Origin: an uncultured Sphingopyxis sp.
GTDB lineage: Bacteria > Pseudomonadota > Alphaproteobacteria > Sphingomonadales > Sphingomonadaceae
Length of the DNA stretch: 64,000 bases
Direction: 5' to 3'
Assembly: GCA_964607625.1 (NCBI GenBank)
Contig: CAZSMB010000001.1
Span: 6,090 to 70,089 of the forward strand
The position numbers and the translations under genes are program-made. The notes under the pieces were generated by a model. That model saw only the letters and a list, made by a program, of their open reading frames with translations. It searched no databases and was not told the origin of the DNA. Shown here in pieces: positions 1 to 10,892 of this stretch. Positions within the stretch are counted from its first letter, which is position 1; each line of letters starts with the position of its first letter.

Positions 1-1629
1 CAGCGTGAACCGGTCGGTCGCTTCGGCGAGACGCAGGTTTGCCAGGTCGGCGGTGCCGTCCGGAGCCAGCAGTTCGGCAAATTTGGCGACGATCGTCGTG
101 CCGGCAGGGCCGTGCGCGCGGATCCGGGCCCAGCCGGACATATTCTGGCCGAAATCGAACACGAAACGACCCGGGGCGGATTCGGTGACCGACAGCGCGC
201 GGCGGGTGCTTCGTCGCTCGATCGCGGGCGAGGTTTGCGCGACGAGCCGGGCATCCGGTGACGCGCCCACGCGGGCGGGCGCCCAATCCGCAGCGTCGAA
301 GCCGGGGCGATCCCAGCCCGGGCGCTCGGCGCGCGCGTCATAGGTTTCGCCGTCGTAGATTTCCGATCGGATCACCGCGGACGGCGCGATCGTCCAGTCC
401 GGTCCGGTGGCGACCCATTGCCGGCTGCCGTCGGCATAGTCGAGACGCAACTGGGCGCGAAAGCGGCGGGGTGCGGGGCCAAAGCCGTAGCGTTCGATCC
501 GCCAGCCGAACGGGCTGGCGTACCAGCCGTCGCCGACGAGCGCCGCGAGGCAATTGACGCCCTCGATAACGTGCGCGGTGACGTCGTAGCATTGATAAAG
601 AATATGACTTTTCGCGACCGTCATTTCGGGCGCGAGAATGCCGTCTGATACGCGCTCTCCGTTGATCCGCGCCTCATAGGCGCCCAGCGCGGTCGCATAA
701 AGGCGCGCGGCGACAATGGGCTTGTCGGACGAGAATTCGGTGCGCAGCAACATCGCGGGCTCGCTCGGACGCGGGTCACCCTGCGCCCAGGAGGTGCTGG
801 GAACGACTGAGGGCCAGCCGTTCGCATCGAAACCGGGGGCCATCCACCCCTCTGGCGGATCGGGCAAGACCCGGAACGCATCCGCGGTGATCCGGTCGAT
901 GCGGCCATCCGCCCGGTGCAGGCGGACAAGCGCCGCGAAGGCCCCGCCGTCGACCGGAAAAAAGCCTTCGGTATCGGCTTCGACGAGCGCGCAAAGGCAG
1001 TTGCGGCCGGGCACGACCTCGCCGTCGTAGGCGGCGAGCGTTCCCCAGAAGGGAAGCGCGCTGTCCCAGCCGAATGGCCGGTCGAGCGGCGACGGCGCGC
1101 CATTGACCCAGACGCCGCGCAGATGGTCCTTGCCGGCGATCAGCAGTTCGGCGCGAACAAGGTCGTCGGGCGCGTCGAAATCGAGCCGGAAGGCATGGCG
1201 GCGCGGATCGAGCGCCTGTTCGCCCCACATCCACCGAACGCCTGCCGCCCGGTCGCCTGCGGCCAACGCATCTTCGGCTTCGATCCAGTCGCCGCGCCAG
1301 TCGTCGGGGGCGAGCAGCCCGGTCTCGAACCACGCCGGACCGGACCGGACCGCGCCGTTGATTTCGACATCCCACCACAGGCGCTGTCCCGACGCGAAGG
1401 CAGGGCCATCCCACGCAATGTCGAGCGAGGCGCGAGAGGCGACCGTGCCGCTATCCCACAGCAGGACGCCATCGTTCAGCGCCTGCGCGCTGGCGGCGGC
1501 ACGGATGCGATAGCTGTGCTGCGCGGCGCCCCGCGTGTCGCTCTCCATCCGCCAGGACAGGCGCGGCCGCGATTCCTCGGTTCCGAGCAAGTCCGGACTA
1601 TGCTCCGCGCGCAGGTCGACGATACGCAT
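1..1629 (-). CDS. Alpha-L-rhamnosidase, GH78 (partial; 3' end runs off the window)
   Basis: Not in the ORF track; translated manually. ATG at 1629 gives MRIVDLRAEHSPDLLGTEESRPRLSW...ARLYATALGAYEARING...YDVT...GDGWYAS...SEIYDGETYDAR...FDFGQNMSGW...KFAELL...DRFTL, which are typical GH78 N-terminal motifs. No obvious signal peptide. Confidence 0.88.
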   Translation of the reverse strand, partial: MRIVDLRAEHSPDLLGTEESRPRLSWRMESDTRGAAQHSYRIRAAASAQALNDGVLLWDSGTVASRASLDIAWDGPAFASGQRLWWDVEINGAVRSGPAWFETGLLAPDDWRGDWIEAEDALAAGDRAAGVRWMWGEQALDPRRHAFRLDFDAPDDLVRAELLIAGKDHLRGVWVNGAPSPLDRPFGWDSALPFWGTLAAYDGEVVPGRNCLCALVEADTEGFFPVDGGAFAALVRLHRADGRIDRITADAFRVLPDPPEGWMAPGFDANGWPSVVPSTSWAQGDPRPSEPAMLLRTEFSSDKPIVAARLYATALGAYEARINGERVSDGILAPEMTVAKSHILYQCYDVTAHVIEGVNCLAALVGDGWYASPFGWRIERYGFGPAPRRFRAQLRLDYADGSRQWVATGPDWTIAPSAVIRSEIYDGETYDARAERPGWDRPGFDAADWAPARVGASPDARLVAQTSPAIERRSTRRALSVTESAPGRFVFDFGQNMSGWARIRAHGPAGTTIVAKFAELLAPDGTADLANLRLAEATDRFTL

Positions 1630-1640
1630 GATCGGGACCC

Positions 1641-2552
1641 CTATATGTCGAGCCCGAGCCGATAGATGCGGTTCGCGTTGCCAGCGAACAGGGCGTGGCG
1701 TTCGTCGGCCGTGAAATCGGCGGTGATCGCATCATAGGCGTCGAAATGCTTGTCGAAGCTGCCGAACAATTTGTCGGTCGGGAAGTTGCTCGCGAACATC
1801 GTGCGCGCCTTGCCGAACATCTCGATCGTTTCGAGCACATAGGGACGCGCCCGTTCGATAGTCCACGGCCGCCAGGTAAAGCCCATTCCCGATATCTTGA
1901 CCGCGACGTGGGGCAGCGCCGCGAGCGCCGCCATGCCGCGGCGCCACAGGTCCCAGCCGTCGGGGTCGTCCGGAATCGCCATTCCGGTGTGATCGATGAC
2001 GACTTGCGTGTCGGGATGCCGCGCGAACAGCGCCGCGAGATGGTCGAACTGACCGGCATAGGCCTGCAAGTCGAAGCTCAGCCCGTGATTTCGGAGCAAC
2101 GCGAAACCGCGCTCCCAGGCATCGCTGGTGGTAACGTCGTCGGGAGCGTAGCTGCGCGCCGGGTCGGGATGCCAGTTGACGATGTGACGGATGCCGCGAA
2201 CGTGCGCATGCTCGGCATGACGGCCGAGGAGCGTCCCGACGTCAGGGTCGTCGAGCGCGGCGAAGGCGACGATTCCGCTCGGCAGGCCGCGATCGTCCGC
2301 CATCGCCTGAAGCCATTCGGTTTCCCTGAGCGCATCGTCGGGGTGGGCGCCGGCGTCGATATGCACGATCCCGCGAACATCCCATCGGTTCGCATCGGCA
2401 AGATAGGCGTCGAGCGGATAGTCGGCGGCGATCGGTTCGACGCTGCCGTTGGGATTGTCGCTGTCGAAGGGCGGCGTCAGCCACGGGTAGCGGATGTGCG
2501 ACAGATCCCACAGATGGACGTGCGGATCGACGAGGGGAGGGCGGATGGCCAT
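1641..2552 (-). CDS. Amidohydrolase-family sugar lactonase (L-rhamnono-1,4-lactonase, LRA2-like)
   Basis: Motifs DPHVHLWD, VRGIRH, VIDHTG, VKISG and FASNFP; lies within the LRA cluster. Confidence 0.8.
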   Translation of the reverse strand: MAIRPPLVDPHVHLWDLSHIRYPWLTPPFDSDNPNGSVEPIAADYPLDAYLADANRWDVRGIVHIDAGAHPDDALRETEWLQAMADDRGLPSGIVAFAALDDPDVGTLLGRHAEHAHVRGIRHIVNWHPDPARSYAPDDVTTSDAWERGFALLRNHGLSFDLQAYAGQFDHLAALFARHPDTQVVIDHTGMAIPDDPDGWDLWRRGMAALAALPHVAVKISGMGFTWRPWTIERARPYVLETIEMFGKARTMFASNFPTDKLFGSFDKHFDAYDAITADFTADERHALFAGNANRIYRLGLDI

Positions 2553-2553
2553 G

Positions 2554-3294
2554 TCAATAGGTCGCCCGGCCACCCGACGTGTCGAATACCGCGCCGGTCG
2601 AGAAGCTCGCGTCCTCGCTGGCAAGGAAACAGATCATCGCCGCATTTTCGTCCACCGTACCAAAGCGCCCCATCGGGATCTTCGACAGCATGAAATCGAT
2701 ATGCGCCTGCGTCATCTGGTCGAAAATGGCGGTGCGGACCGCCGCCGGGGTGACGGCATTGACGGTGATGTTGTCCTTCGCCAGCTCCTTTCCGAGCGAC
2801 TTCGTCAGCCCGATCACGGCCGCCTTCGATGTCGAATAGGCCGAGGCGTTGGGGTTGCCCTCCTTGCCGGCGACCGAAGCGATGTTGACGATCCGGCCAT
2901 AGCCGTTCGCCTTCATATGCGGGATCGCCGCCTTGTTGCAGAAGAAGGTACCGTCGAGGTTGATCGCCATGACCTGGCGCCAGGCGTCGGACGGATAATG
3001 TTCGAGCGTTTCGTTCGGTCCGGTGATCCCCGCCGATACGACCAATATGTCGAGCCGGCCGAGCCTGGCGACGACATCCGCCGCCGCTTTCGTGACCGCC
3101 GCTTCGTCCGACTGGTCGACGCGCGCGCTGTGCGCTGCGAACCCGCAATCGGCAAGTGCGGCTTCGGAAACGTCCCATACGCTGACCTTTGCGCCTTCGG
3201 CGGCCAGCCGCTCGGCGGCGGCGCGGCCGATGCCTGCGCCGCCGCCGGTGACGACCGCGACGCGGTCCGCAAAGCGCCCCTTCACGCCCGCCAT
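2554..3294 (-). CDS. SDR, 2-keto-3-deoxy-L-rhamnonate 4-dehydrogenase (LRA5-like)
   Basis: TGGGAGIG, ASVAGKEGNPNASAYSTSK and C-terminal FDTSGGRATY; adjacent to the FAH hydrolase and rhmD. Confidence 0.8.
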   Translation of the reverse strand: MAGVKGRFADRVAVVTGGGAGIGRAAAERLAAEGAKVSVWDVSEAALADCGFAAHSARVDQSDEAAVTKAAADVVARLGRLDILVVSAGITGPNETLEHYPSDAWRQVMAINLDGTFFCNKAAIPHMKANGYGRIVNIASVAGKEGNPNASAYSTSKAAVIGLTKSLGKELAKDNITVNAVTPAAVRTAIFDQMTQAHIDFMLSKIPMGRFGTVDENAAMICFLASEDASFSTGAVFDTSGGRATY

Positions 3295-4133
3295 GCCACG
3301 AAATCCTGACGCTGCTGCCCCAGCTTTTCGATGCCGAGTTCGACGACATCGCCGGCCCTCAGATACCAGGGTTCGGGCTTTTGGCCGAGGCCGACTCCCG
3401 GCGGGGTGCCGGTGGTGATGATGTCGCCGGGTTCAAGGGTCATGAACTGCGACACATAGGCCACGATCTGGGCCACGGTGAAGATCATCGTGCCGGTGCT
3501 GCCGTCCTGCACGCGCTTGCCATTGACCGACAGCCACATCGCCAGCTTTTGGGGGTCGCCGACTTCGTCCGCGGTGACGAGCCAGGGGCCGACAGGTCCG
3601 AAGGTGGGAAAGCCCTTGCCCTTGTCCCAGGTCATCCCGCGCTCTTGCTGCCAGTGGCGTTCGGATACGTCGTTGACGACGCAATAGCCCGCGACATGGT
3701 CGAGGGCATCGGCTTCGGCAACATAGGAGGCACGGGTGCCGATGACGACGCCCAGTTCGACCTCCCAGTCGGTCTTTCCGGAATCCCTGGGGATCGTCAC
3801 GGGATCGTTCGGTCCCTGGATGCAACCGACCCATTTGTTGAAGACGACCGGCTCTTCGGGGATCGGCAGGTTCGATTCGGCGGCATGGTCGGCGTAGTTG
3901 AGGCCGATCGCAACGAAATGGCGGGTCCCGGCGACACAGGCGCCATAGCGCACGTCGCCTTCGACGAGGGGCAGCGAGGCGGGGTCGAGCGCGGCGAGCT
4001 TCGCAAGGCCGTCCTTGCCGATCGCTGCGGGGTCGATGTCGGCGACATGGGCGCCAAGATCGCGGATACGCCCTTCGGCGTCGATCAGGCCCGGCTTTTC
4101 GGCGCCGGGGGCGCCATAGCGACAGAGTTTCAT
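3282..4133 (-). CDS. FAH-family hydrolase, 2,4-diketo-3-deoxy-L-rhamnonate hydrolase (LRA6-like)
   Basis: IGLNYADH, DWEVELGVVIG, NDVSER, WDKGK and TGTPPGVG. Confidence 0.82.
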   Translation of the reverse strand: MKLCRYGAPGAEKPGLIDAEGRIRDLGAHVADIDPAAIGKDGLAKLAALDPASLPLVEGDVRYGACVAGTRHFVAIGLNYADHAAESNLPIPEEPVVFNKWVGCIQGPNDPVTIPRDSGKTDWEVELGVVIGTRASYVAEADALDHVAGYCVVNDVSERHWQQERGMTWDKGKGFPTFGPVGPWLVTADEVGDPQKLAMWLSVNGKRVQDGSTGTMIFTVAQIVAYVSQFMTLEPGDIITTGTPPGVGLGQKPEPWYLRAGDVVELGIEKLGQQRQDFVAWRA

Positions 4134-4145
4134 ATCGGTCTTTCC

Positions 4146-5369
4146 TCAGTTCGAATAGGGACGGTGAAGGGCGATGTCGCGATTGAGCTCGACGCCGAAA
4201 CCCGGTTTGTCGAGCGCGGTCGCGCGGATGCGGCCCCGCTCGGGAACCGGTTCGCCGAGCAACTGGGGGGCGAACATCGGCACCACTTCGCTGGGTCCGG
4301 GGTGCATCATCAGAAATTCCGCGAACGGCGAATTATGACGGGTAATCACGAAATGATAGCTGTACACCGAAGACCCGTGGGGTACCATCAGCACGCCCTT
4401 GCTGTCGGCATAGTTGGCGATCTTGATCAGTTCGGTAACGCCTCCGCACCAGCCGACGTCGGGCTGGACGATGTCGCAGCATTCCATGTCCATCAGCATG
4501 CGAAAGCCCCAGCGCGTCGCTTCGTGCTCGCCGGTCGTGACGAGCAGCCCTTTGGGCGCCTGCTTCTTGAGTGCGGCATATCCCCAATAATCGTCGGGCG
4601 ACAGCGCCTCCTCGATCCATTTGAGACCGCATTCGTCCCATGCGCGATGGGCGAGACGCGTCGCATAATCGAGGTCGAGGCTCATCCAGCAATCGTACAT
4701 CAGCCAGAAATCGTCCCCGCATTTCGCCCGCATGTCGGCCAGCAGCGCGATATTTTTCTCCAGCCCTTCCAGCCCCTCGGCCGGACCGTGGTGGAGCGGC
4801 AGCTTGCCGCCGATGAATCCCATCTCCTTCGCAAGATCGGGGCGCGCTCCGGTCGCATAAAACTGGAGTTCGTCGCGCACCGCGCCGCCGAGCATATGAT
4901 AGACCGGCTCGCCGCGCAGCTTGCCGAGAAGGTCCCAAAGCGCGAGGTCGACGCCCGAGATCGCATTCACGACCAGCCCCTTGCGGCCATAATAGAGGGT
5001 CGAGAAATACATCTGGTCCCAGATTTTCTCTACCTCGGTCGGGTTGCGCCCGACCAGGAAGCGCGACAGGTGCCGTTCGACGATGAAGCAGGCGGGCTCG
5101 CCCCCCGTGGTCACCGCGAAGCCGATGGTCCCGTCCTCGGCTTCGATCTCTACCACCAACGTGCCGAGCACGTTGATCCCGAAGCTTTGCCGCGACGCGC
5201 GATATTCGGGATAGCGGCTCATCGGCGTCGCGATATGGTCGTCGATCCAGTGGCCCTCGCCCTGGTCGTGATAGTCGGCGCCGCCGCCGCGCACGGTAAA
5301 AGCGCGGACGTGCCGGATTTTCGGCAGGCCGCGGGTCGCGGCGATGTCGATGGAAGGCTGTTGGTTCAC
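4146..5369 (-). CDS. rhmD: L-rhamnonate dehydratase (LRA3)
   Basis: [48 protein letters not shown] and VPHGS. Probable GTG start at 5369 overlaps the stop of the upstream gene. Confidence 0.92.
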   Translation of the reverse strand: MNQQPSIDIAATRGLPKIRHVRAFTVRGGGADYHDQGEGHWIDDHIATPMSRYPEYRASRQSFGINVLGTLVVEIEAEDGTIGFAVTTGGEPACFIVERHLSRFLVGRNPTEVEKIWDQMYFSTLYYGRKGLVVNAISGVDLALWDLLGKLRGEPVYHMLGGAVRDELQFYATGARPDLAKEMGFIGGKLPLHHGPAEGLEGLEKNIALLADMRAKCGDDFWLMYDCWMSLDLDYATRLAHRAWDECGLKWIEEALSPDDYWGYAALKKQAPKGLLVTTGEHEATRWGFRMLMDMECCDIVQPDVGWCGGVTELIKIANYADSKGVLMVPHGSSVYSYHFVITRHNSPFAEFLMMHPGPSEVVPMFAPQLLGEPVPERGRIRATALDKPGFGVELNRDIALHRPYSN

Positions 5370-6802
5370 GAACTGGTTCCTGTTGTGCCCGGGGCGGGAA
5401 AGGCGGCGGCCGCATCGTCGAGCACGAGGGCCCAATCATTGCCCGGCGCGGTCTCGCCCGGTGGGTCGAAGCGGCGTGTGCCGCGATTGGCGAAGCTGCC
5501 GATCGGTGTCACCGTGCCGTTGCGCGGAGAATACCAGGCGGCGCGAACCGTTCGCCCCGCGATGATCCCAAGCCGCATCGTGAACGGGCGGCCGGTGTAG
5601 CTGTAGGCAAAGGCGTAGCGGTCGCCGCGGCTGGCGAGAATGCGGTCGTGGCGCGGAGCGTTGTCGAGGATCATCGCCTGATCGGGCACGCGGCCGGTCA
5701 TCGGGCGTGATTCGACGAGTGCTTTCAGATGGCGCATCTGGTCCGCCCCCGGTGCGCCAGGCGCCTCCAGCGCCTCATACCAGGGAAGGACAGGCTCGAA
5801 ATTGGCGGTGTCGGCGCCCGGCAGGTACATTTGCATCACATGGTTTTCGCCATAGGTGTGCCCGAAGGCGCCCGCCATCACCGCCCACCATGCGTAGCGA
5901 CGCACGTCGGCGGCCTGCCATCGCGGGGCGCCGGCGGGTTCGTGCAGGCCATGCGGAATATTCTCGTAGCTCGGCTCGCCGTCGAGCACCGGCTTGGCGG
6001 GAGAGCGCGCCCAGGCCTCGGCGACGTAGCGCCAATTGTCCTCGCCGATCGCGTTCGGCCCTTCCTGATCATAGGCGCGATGTCCCGACTGGAACATGTT
6101 GAAATCGAGCCACGGCGCCTGATGCCACTGCCACAGCGACGATGTGCGGCCGATCGGATGAAAGGTCATCAACTGCTGCGGCGCGATGGCCTTTATGGTG
6201 GTCCCCAGCGCATCCCAGACCGCCGTGCGCGATTCGGATCGCGTGTCGCCGCCGTTGAGCCAGACGACATTCGTCCGTTTGCCATAGCGTTCGGCGAGGA
6301 AGCGTCCATAGACCGCGGCGTTGGCTTCGGTGAGCTGGCGGTCGGTGGCAAGATCGCCCCATGCCGGAACCATCGCGACATAGATGCCGTGAGCGGCGGC
6401 GCGATCGACCATCCAGTCGACATGATCCCAATAATCGTATTCGCCGGGCTTTGCAGGATCCCGCCCGGCGGTCGTGCGCGGCCGCGCGGGGTCGCCGTCG
6501 ACAAGCGCGGGCGCGCCGTAACGGCTCGTCATCTGCGGCGTGTGCAGCAGCATCACCTGGACGACGTTGAAGCCCTGTCGCTCGCGCACGGTCAGATAAT
6601 GTTCGGTTTCGTCCCGGTCGAGGCGGCTGAGCAACAGCCAGGCGGTATCGCCGAGCCAGAACCAGGGTTTGCCCCCCGCCTCGAGGTAGCGGTGGTTCGC
6701 CGAGACCGAAAGCTGCGGAAGGGGCGTAGCGGCCGCGCACGCCGGCTGCCCAATGGCGCAGGCCGCGAACGCCGCCAATATCGTCGCAATTCGCCTTTTC
6801 AC
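5366..6802 (-). CDS. Secreted GH140-family glycosidase (apiosidase-like; DUF4038 plus collagen-binding-like C-terminal domain)
   Basis: Signal peptide; [49 protein letters not shown] and GHTYG. Confidence 0.85.
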   Translation of the reverse strand: MKRRIATILAAFAACAIGQPACAAATPLPQLSVSANHRYLEAGGKPWFWLGDTAWLLLSRLDRDETEHYLTVRERQGFNVVQVMLLHTPQMTSRYGAPALVDGDPARPRTTAGRDPAKPGEYDYWDHVDWMVDRAAAHGIYVAMVPAWGDLATDRQLTEANAAVYGRFLAERYGKRTNVVWLNGGDTRSESRTAVWDALGTTIKAIAPQQLMTFHPIGRTSSLWQWHQAPWLDFNMFQSGHRAYDQEGPNAIGEDNWRYVAEAWARSPAKPVLDGEPSYENIPHGLHEPAGAPRWQAADVRRYAWWAVMAGAFGHTYGENHVMQMYLPGADTANFEPVLPWYEALEAPGAPGADQMRHLKALVESRPMTGRVPDQAMILDNAPRHDRILASRGDRYAFAYSYTGRPFTMRLGIIAGRTVRAAWYSPRNGTVTPIGSFANRGTRRFDPPGETAPGNDWALVLDDAAAAFPAPGTTGTSS

Positions 6803-6887
6803 AACATCCTCTCGCCCCGCCCGGACGTGGGCGCCGCCGCGCGCGGACCGCTGCGGATTCGCGGCGGCTGCGCCATTGCGATTATAA

Positions 6888-6901
6888 ATATAATAATACT
6901 A
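6888..6901. promoter_or_regulatory. Motif A (ATATAATAATACTA), copy 1, upstream of the GH140-rhmD operon
   Basis: Exact 14-mer also present at 10831 and 23187; all three copies are intergenic. Confidence 0.6.
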
Positions 6902-6938
6902 TTTGGTCAAGCCACGACAGAGGCGCTTTGCGCGCCGC

Positions 6939-7703
6939 CTATTGCAGGTTCACATACATGCCGCCGTCGACGAGCAGCGCGGCACCGGTGACATAGGCGG
7001 CCATGTCGGAGGCCAGGAATATGATGGGCCCGACCATATCCTCAGGCTGTCCCAGGCGCCCGAGCGGGGTGCGCGATTCCATGTAGCGACGCTTGTCCTC
7101 GTCGGCGAGATCGTCCTTGTTGATCTCTGTCAGGATCGTGCCTGGCAGCACGCTGTTGCACCGGATGCCGTGGCGCCCGAGCGCAATGGCGGCCGACTGC
7201 ATCAGCGAATGAACCCCGGCCTTGGTCGGCGTGTAGTGCGTCTGATATTCGCCGCCGACGAGGGCCGATATCGACGATACCGCAACGATCGCGCCGCCGT
7301 CGCCTTGCGCCACCATCTGCCGCGCGGCGGCCTGGCACATATAATAGGCGCCGTGCATATTGACGCGCTGGGTTCGCTCGAACGTCTCGGCCGGCATGTC
7401 GAGAAACGAATGAAAGGGGCAGATGCCCGCGTTGGACACCATCACGTCGATCCGGCCGAAGGCGTCGAGCGCGCGCGCAACGAAAGTCTGCGCGGTTTCG
7501 GGCAGCGCGACGTCGCCCTTGACCGCGATCGCCCGACCCCCTGCGGCCTCGATGGCCGCGACGCAGCTTTCGGCGGCGGCATCGCTCGAGGCATAGTTGA
7601 TGGCAACCCGGGCGCCGTGCCGCGCCGCGCCGATCGCGGCAGCGCGGCCGATGCCGGTCGAGCCGCCGGTCACCAGCACCGTTTTTCCTTCCAATAGTTT
7701 CAT
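6939..7703 (-). CDS. L-rhamnose 1-dehydrogenase (SDR, LRA1-like)
   Basis: TGGSTGIG, NAGICPFHSFLD, SSISALVGGEYQTHYTPTKAG and VDGGMYVNLQ, characteristic of LRA1. Confidence 0.88.
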   Translation of the reverse strand: MKLLEGKTVLVTGGSTGIGRAAAIGAARHGARVAINYASSDAAAESCVAAIEAAGGRAIAVKGDVALPETAQTFVARALDAFGRIDVMVSNAGICPFHSFLDMPAETFERTQRVNMHGAYYMCQAAARQMVAQGDGGAIVAVSSISALVGGEYQTHYTPTKAGVHSLMQSAAIALGRHGIRCNSVLPGTILTEINKDDLADEDKRRYMESRTPLGRLGQPEDMVGPIIFLASDMAAYVTGAALLVDGGMYVNLQ

Positions 7704-7722
7704 GGCGCTTTCCTGTTCCAGA

Positions 7723-8859
7723 TCATGGCGTTTCGGCAAGGATCGACCGGTCGATTGCCTCGATCCGGTTCACGCCGGTCAGTGTCATCGCGACGGTCAT
7801 TTCCCTTGCGATCAGTTCGAGCAGCTTCGCGACGCCGGCTTCTCCCTGTGCGGCCAGCGCGTAAATCCACGCGCGACCCAGCAGCACGCCTTTAGCGCCA
7901 AGCGCCAGCATCCGAACGACGTCCAGTCCGCTGCGTACGCCGCCGTCGGCGAGGATCGTCAACGCGTCGCCGACCGCATCGGCGATCGGCGGCAAGGCCC
8001 GCGCGCTCGACAGGACGCCGTCGAGCTGGCGACCGCCGTGGTTCGATACCACGATGCCATCGGCGCCGATCGCCGCCGCCTCGCGCGCGTCCTCGGGATC
8101 CAATATGCCCTTGATGATCAGCGGACCGTTCCATTCTGCCCGGATCCAGTCGAGATCCTTCCACTGGATCGACGGATCGAAATTGGCGCCCAGCCAGCCC
8201 ATATAGTCGTTGAGTCCGCTATCCTTGCCGAGCACGGGCAGCAGATTGCCCAGCATGTGCGGCCTGCCGCGCACCCCGACGTCCCACGCCCAGCCCGGCT
8301 TTCCCATCGCCTGCAAAACCCGCCGCAGCGGTCCGCGCGGCCCCGACATGCCCGAATGGGCATCGCGATAGCGCGCGCCGGGAACCGGCATGTCGACGGT
8401 GAAGACCAGCGCTTCGGCCCCGGCCGTTTTTGCACGCGCGATCAGGTCCTTCATGAACGACCGGTCGCGGATGACGTACAGCTGGAACCAGAAGGGGTCG
8501 GCCGCGCGGGCGACATCTTCGATCGAACAGATCGACACGGTGGACAGGCAGGTCGGGATGCCCGCCGCCGCGGCCGCCCGCGCCGCCTGCAACTCGCCGC
8601 GCCGGGCATACATGCCGCCGATCCCGACCGGCCCGATCGCGACGGGCAGGGTGAGCTTGCGCCCGAACAGCGTGGTCGACAGGTCGATGTTCGCCACATC
8701 CTTCAGCACGCGCTGGCGCAGCGCGATGCCGGCAAGATCGCCGACGTTGCGGCGCAGCGTCTCTTCTGCGTTCGCGCCGCCATCGGCATAGTCGAACAGG
8801 AAGCGCGGCACGCGCCGCCGCGCCGCTTCCCGAAAATCATTCGCCGACGAAATGATCAT
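7723..8859 (-). CDS. lldD: FMN-dependent L-lactate dehydrogenase
   Basis: [43 protein letters not shown] and DGGVRSG. Confidence 0.9.
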   Translation of the reverse strand: MIISSANDFREAARRRVPRFLFDYADGGANAEETLRRNVGDLAGIALRQRVLKDVANIDLSTTLFGRKLTLPVAIGPVGIGGMYARRGELQAARAAAAAGIPTCLSTVSICSIEDVARAADPFWFQLYVIRDRSFMKDLIARAKTAGAEALVFTVDMPVPGARYRDAHSGMSGPRGPLRRVLQAMGKPGWAWDVGVRGRPHMLGNLLPVLGKDSGLNDYMGWLGANFDPSIQWKDLDWIRAEWNGPLIIKGILDPEDAREAAAIGADGIVVSNHGGRQLDGVLSSARALPPIADAVGDALTILADGGVRSGLDVVRMLALGAKGVLLGRAWIYALAAQGEAGVAKLLELIAREMTVAMTLTGVNRIEAIDRSILAETP

Positions 8860-8866
8860 CGCCGGC

Positions 8867-9850
8867 TCAATAGGATGTGAAGAGCGCGCGGCGCGCAAGG
8901 TCGAGCGCGGCAACGGCATCGTGCCGCTCCTGCGCCGCCTGCATCGCTTCGAAATCGAGCGTGTCGAGCGCACGGTCGATCGCCTTGAGGAAGCCGATCG
9001 CCGAATTGGCCGCGGCGACGCTGTCTTCGCGGAAGGGGAATTGGTCGAGCTGCCACACGCCTTCCCAGCCATTCTTGCGCAGCGTGTAGAAAAATTCGAA
9101 CAGCTCGATCGGGTGCACCGACCCCGCGATCAGGTCGTCGTCCCAACTGCGGAAATTGTCGTTCACGTCCATGCCGAAAAGCCGGCCGTGATCGATCGCG
9201 AGCTGGGCCGCATCGGCGGGCGATTCCCCGCCGTAAAGCGAGTGGCCGAAATCGAGCAGGACGCCGACATTGGGAAGCCCCATCCTCTCGATCCCCAGCA
9301 GGGTGCGGGCAATGCTGTCGTAGCTCATGTGGACGCGCGGTTCGCGCGGCTTGTACTCGATGACGAACTTCAGGTCGGGGTTCTGGCTCGCCAGGTCCCC
9401 GATACCGTCGATGCTGCGTTGCCACAGCGTCTTGTGATCGACCTGGAAGGGATAGTCCCAGCCATCCTGCCCCGGCCACAATTTGACATAGTCGGCGCCG
9501 AAGTGGCGCACGACATTCGCGGCGTCGTTGACCATCTCGTTGGCCAGGCGGCGGATGCCCGGATCGGGATTGGTGAACGCCCCCTTCGCGAACTGCCGCG
9601 TGTAGATTTCGGGCGTGATGCCGATCACCGACAAGCCGTTGCGGTCGAGCGCGGCGCCGACCTCGTCCAGCGAAAGGCCGGGATCGACGAACGGATAGTT
9701 GATGTCGACCACCGACAGGTCATCCACCTGTCCCGCGAGGTCGATCATCTCGATCAGCGAGCGTGGCGGTCCGTAGCCGTCCGTGGCGTAGCGGTCGACA
9801 TAGGTTGCGAAGTGCCAGATGCCGGCTCCGAATTTCAATTTGCTAGTCAC
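8867..9850 (-). CDS. apsI: Xylose-isomerase-like TIM barrel, probable D-apiose isomerase
   Basis: [28 protein letters not shown] and [10 protein letters not shown]; clustered with a split transketolase, an FGGY kinase and GH140. Confidence 0.72.
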   Translation of the reverse strand: MTSKLKFGAGIWHFATYVDRYATDGYGPPRSLIEMIDLAGQVDDLSVVDINYPFVDPGLSLDEVGAALDRNGLSVIGITPEIYTRQFAKGAFTNPDPGIRRLANEMVNDAANVVRHFGADYVKLWPGQDGWDYPFQVDHKTLWQRSIDGIGDLASQNPDLKFVIEYKPREPRVHMSYDSIARTLLGIERMGLPNVGVLLDFGHSLYGGESPADAAQLAIDHGRLFGMDVNDNFRSWDDDLIAGSVHPIELFEFFYTLRKNGWEGVWQLDQFPFREDSVAAANSAIGFLKAIDRALDTLDFEAMQAAQERHDAVAALDLARRALFTSY

Positions 9851-9893
9851 GCTTCGATCCTCATCCTAGGGGGTGTGGCTGCTGCCGGGGCGG

Positions 9894-10673
9894 TCAGGCG
9901 ACGACGACTTCGACGCCGGCGCCTTCGATCGCCGCACGGTCGGCGTCGCCGATCCGGTCGTCGGTGATCAGCGTGCCCACGAGATCGAGCCCGCCGAGCG
10001 CGGTGAAGGACCGCAGGCCGATCTTGCTCGCGTCCGCGACGAGATAGACATGGTCGGCAGCCTCGATCATCGCGCGCTTCACCGCGATGTCGGACAGCGC
10101 CGGGTACGTCAGCCCGGCGTCGACATCGATCGCCGCGGTGGCGAGAAAGAGCTTCTTGGCGAAAAGCCCCTCGAAATAGGCGGCCGACCGGTCGCCGCTG
10201 AGCGACAGCGTCGGCGCCTTGAAATGTCCTCCGGGCATGTGGATGTCGAAACCGGGCTCGGCGCCCAGCATCAGGGCGATATTCAGGGCATTGGTGATGA
10301 CGGTCATGTCCCGGCGCCCGCCGAGGCCGGCGGCCACTTCGGTGGTGGTCGATCCCGAATCGAGGATGATCGTTTCGCCGTCGGATACCAGCGCCGCGGC
10401 CGCGCGGCCGATCCGCCGCTTCTCGTCCATATTTTCGTGATGCTGGAGCGCGAGGGCCCGGACCTGTTGGGTCACCGATTTCAGGAACGCTCCGCCATGT
10501 TCGCGGACGATATGCCCGTCGGCCTCCAGCTTTTCCAGATCCTGCCGCACGGTGACTTCGGACACGTCGAACGCGTCGGCCAGCGCGCGGACGCGGGCGC
10601 TTCCCTCCTCGCGGAGCCATGCCAGTATCCTGGCGCGGCGAACTTCGCCGAGCAGGCGCGCGGGAGCGGTCAT
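9894..10673 (-). CDS. DeoR/GlpR-family transcriptional regulator
   Basis: HTH region FDVSEVTVRQDL...REHGGA; DSGSTT, ITNAL and ADASK. Confidence 0.92.
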   Translation of the reverse strand: MTAPARLLGEVRRARILAWLREEGSARVRALADAFDVSEVTVRQDLEKLEADGHIVREHGGAFLKSVTQQVRALALQHHENMDEKRRIGRAAAALVSDGETIILDSGSTTTEVAAGLGGRRDMTVITNALNIALMLGAEPGFDIHMPGGHFKAPTLSLSGDRSAAYFEGLFAKKLFLATAAIDVDAGLTYPALSDIAVKRAMIEAADHVYLVADASKIGLRSFTALGGLDLVGTLITDDRIGDADRAAIEGAGVEVVVA

Positions 10674-10760
10674 GCGTCGAAAGGCATAGGCAGCGGGAGA
10701 CGGGGGCACGGGCCGGATGCGCGCGATTCGACGGCTTTGTTCATTCAGGCTCTCCCCTTG

Positions 10761-10812
10761 TTCGCTTGTTTTCGATTTGAGGCAGGAATCTATAAAAACG
10801 AAAATGATCGAA
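10761..10812. promoter_or_regulatory. Imperfect inverted repeat, candidate DeoR operator
   Basis: TTCGCTTGTTTTCGATTT (10761-10778) and AAAACGAAAATGATCGAA (10795-10812) match at 14/18 positions as an inverted repeat, in the divergent deoR/transketolase promoter. Confidence 0.45.
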
Positions 10813-10830
10813 ATACAAGCGCCATTCGAG

Positions 10831-10844
10831 ATATAATAATACTA
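10831..10844. promoter_or_regulatory. Motif A, copy 2
   Basis: ATATAATAATACTA upstream of the transketolase operon. Confidence 0.6.
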
Positions 10845-10892
10845 TTCCTTGCGCCCGCTTTCAACATCCGTTATCGGGCAGGCGAGGAGAGC

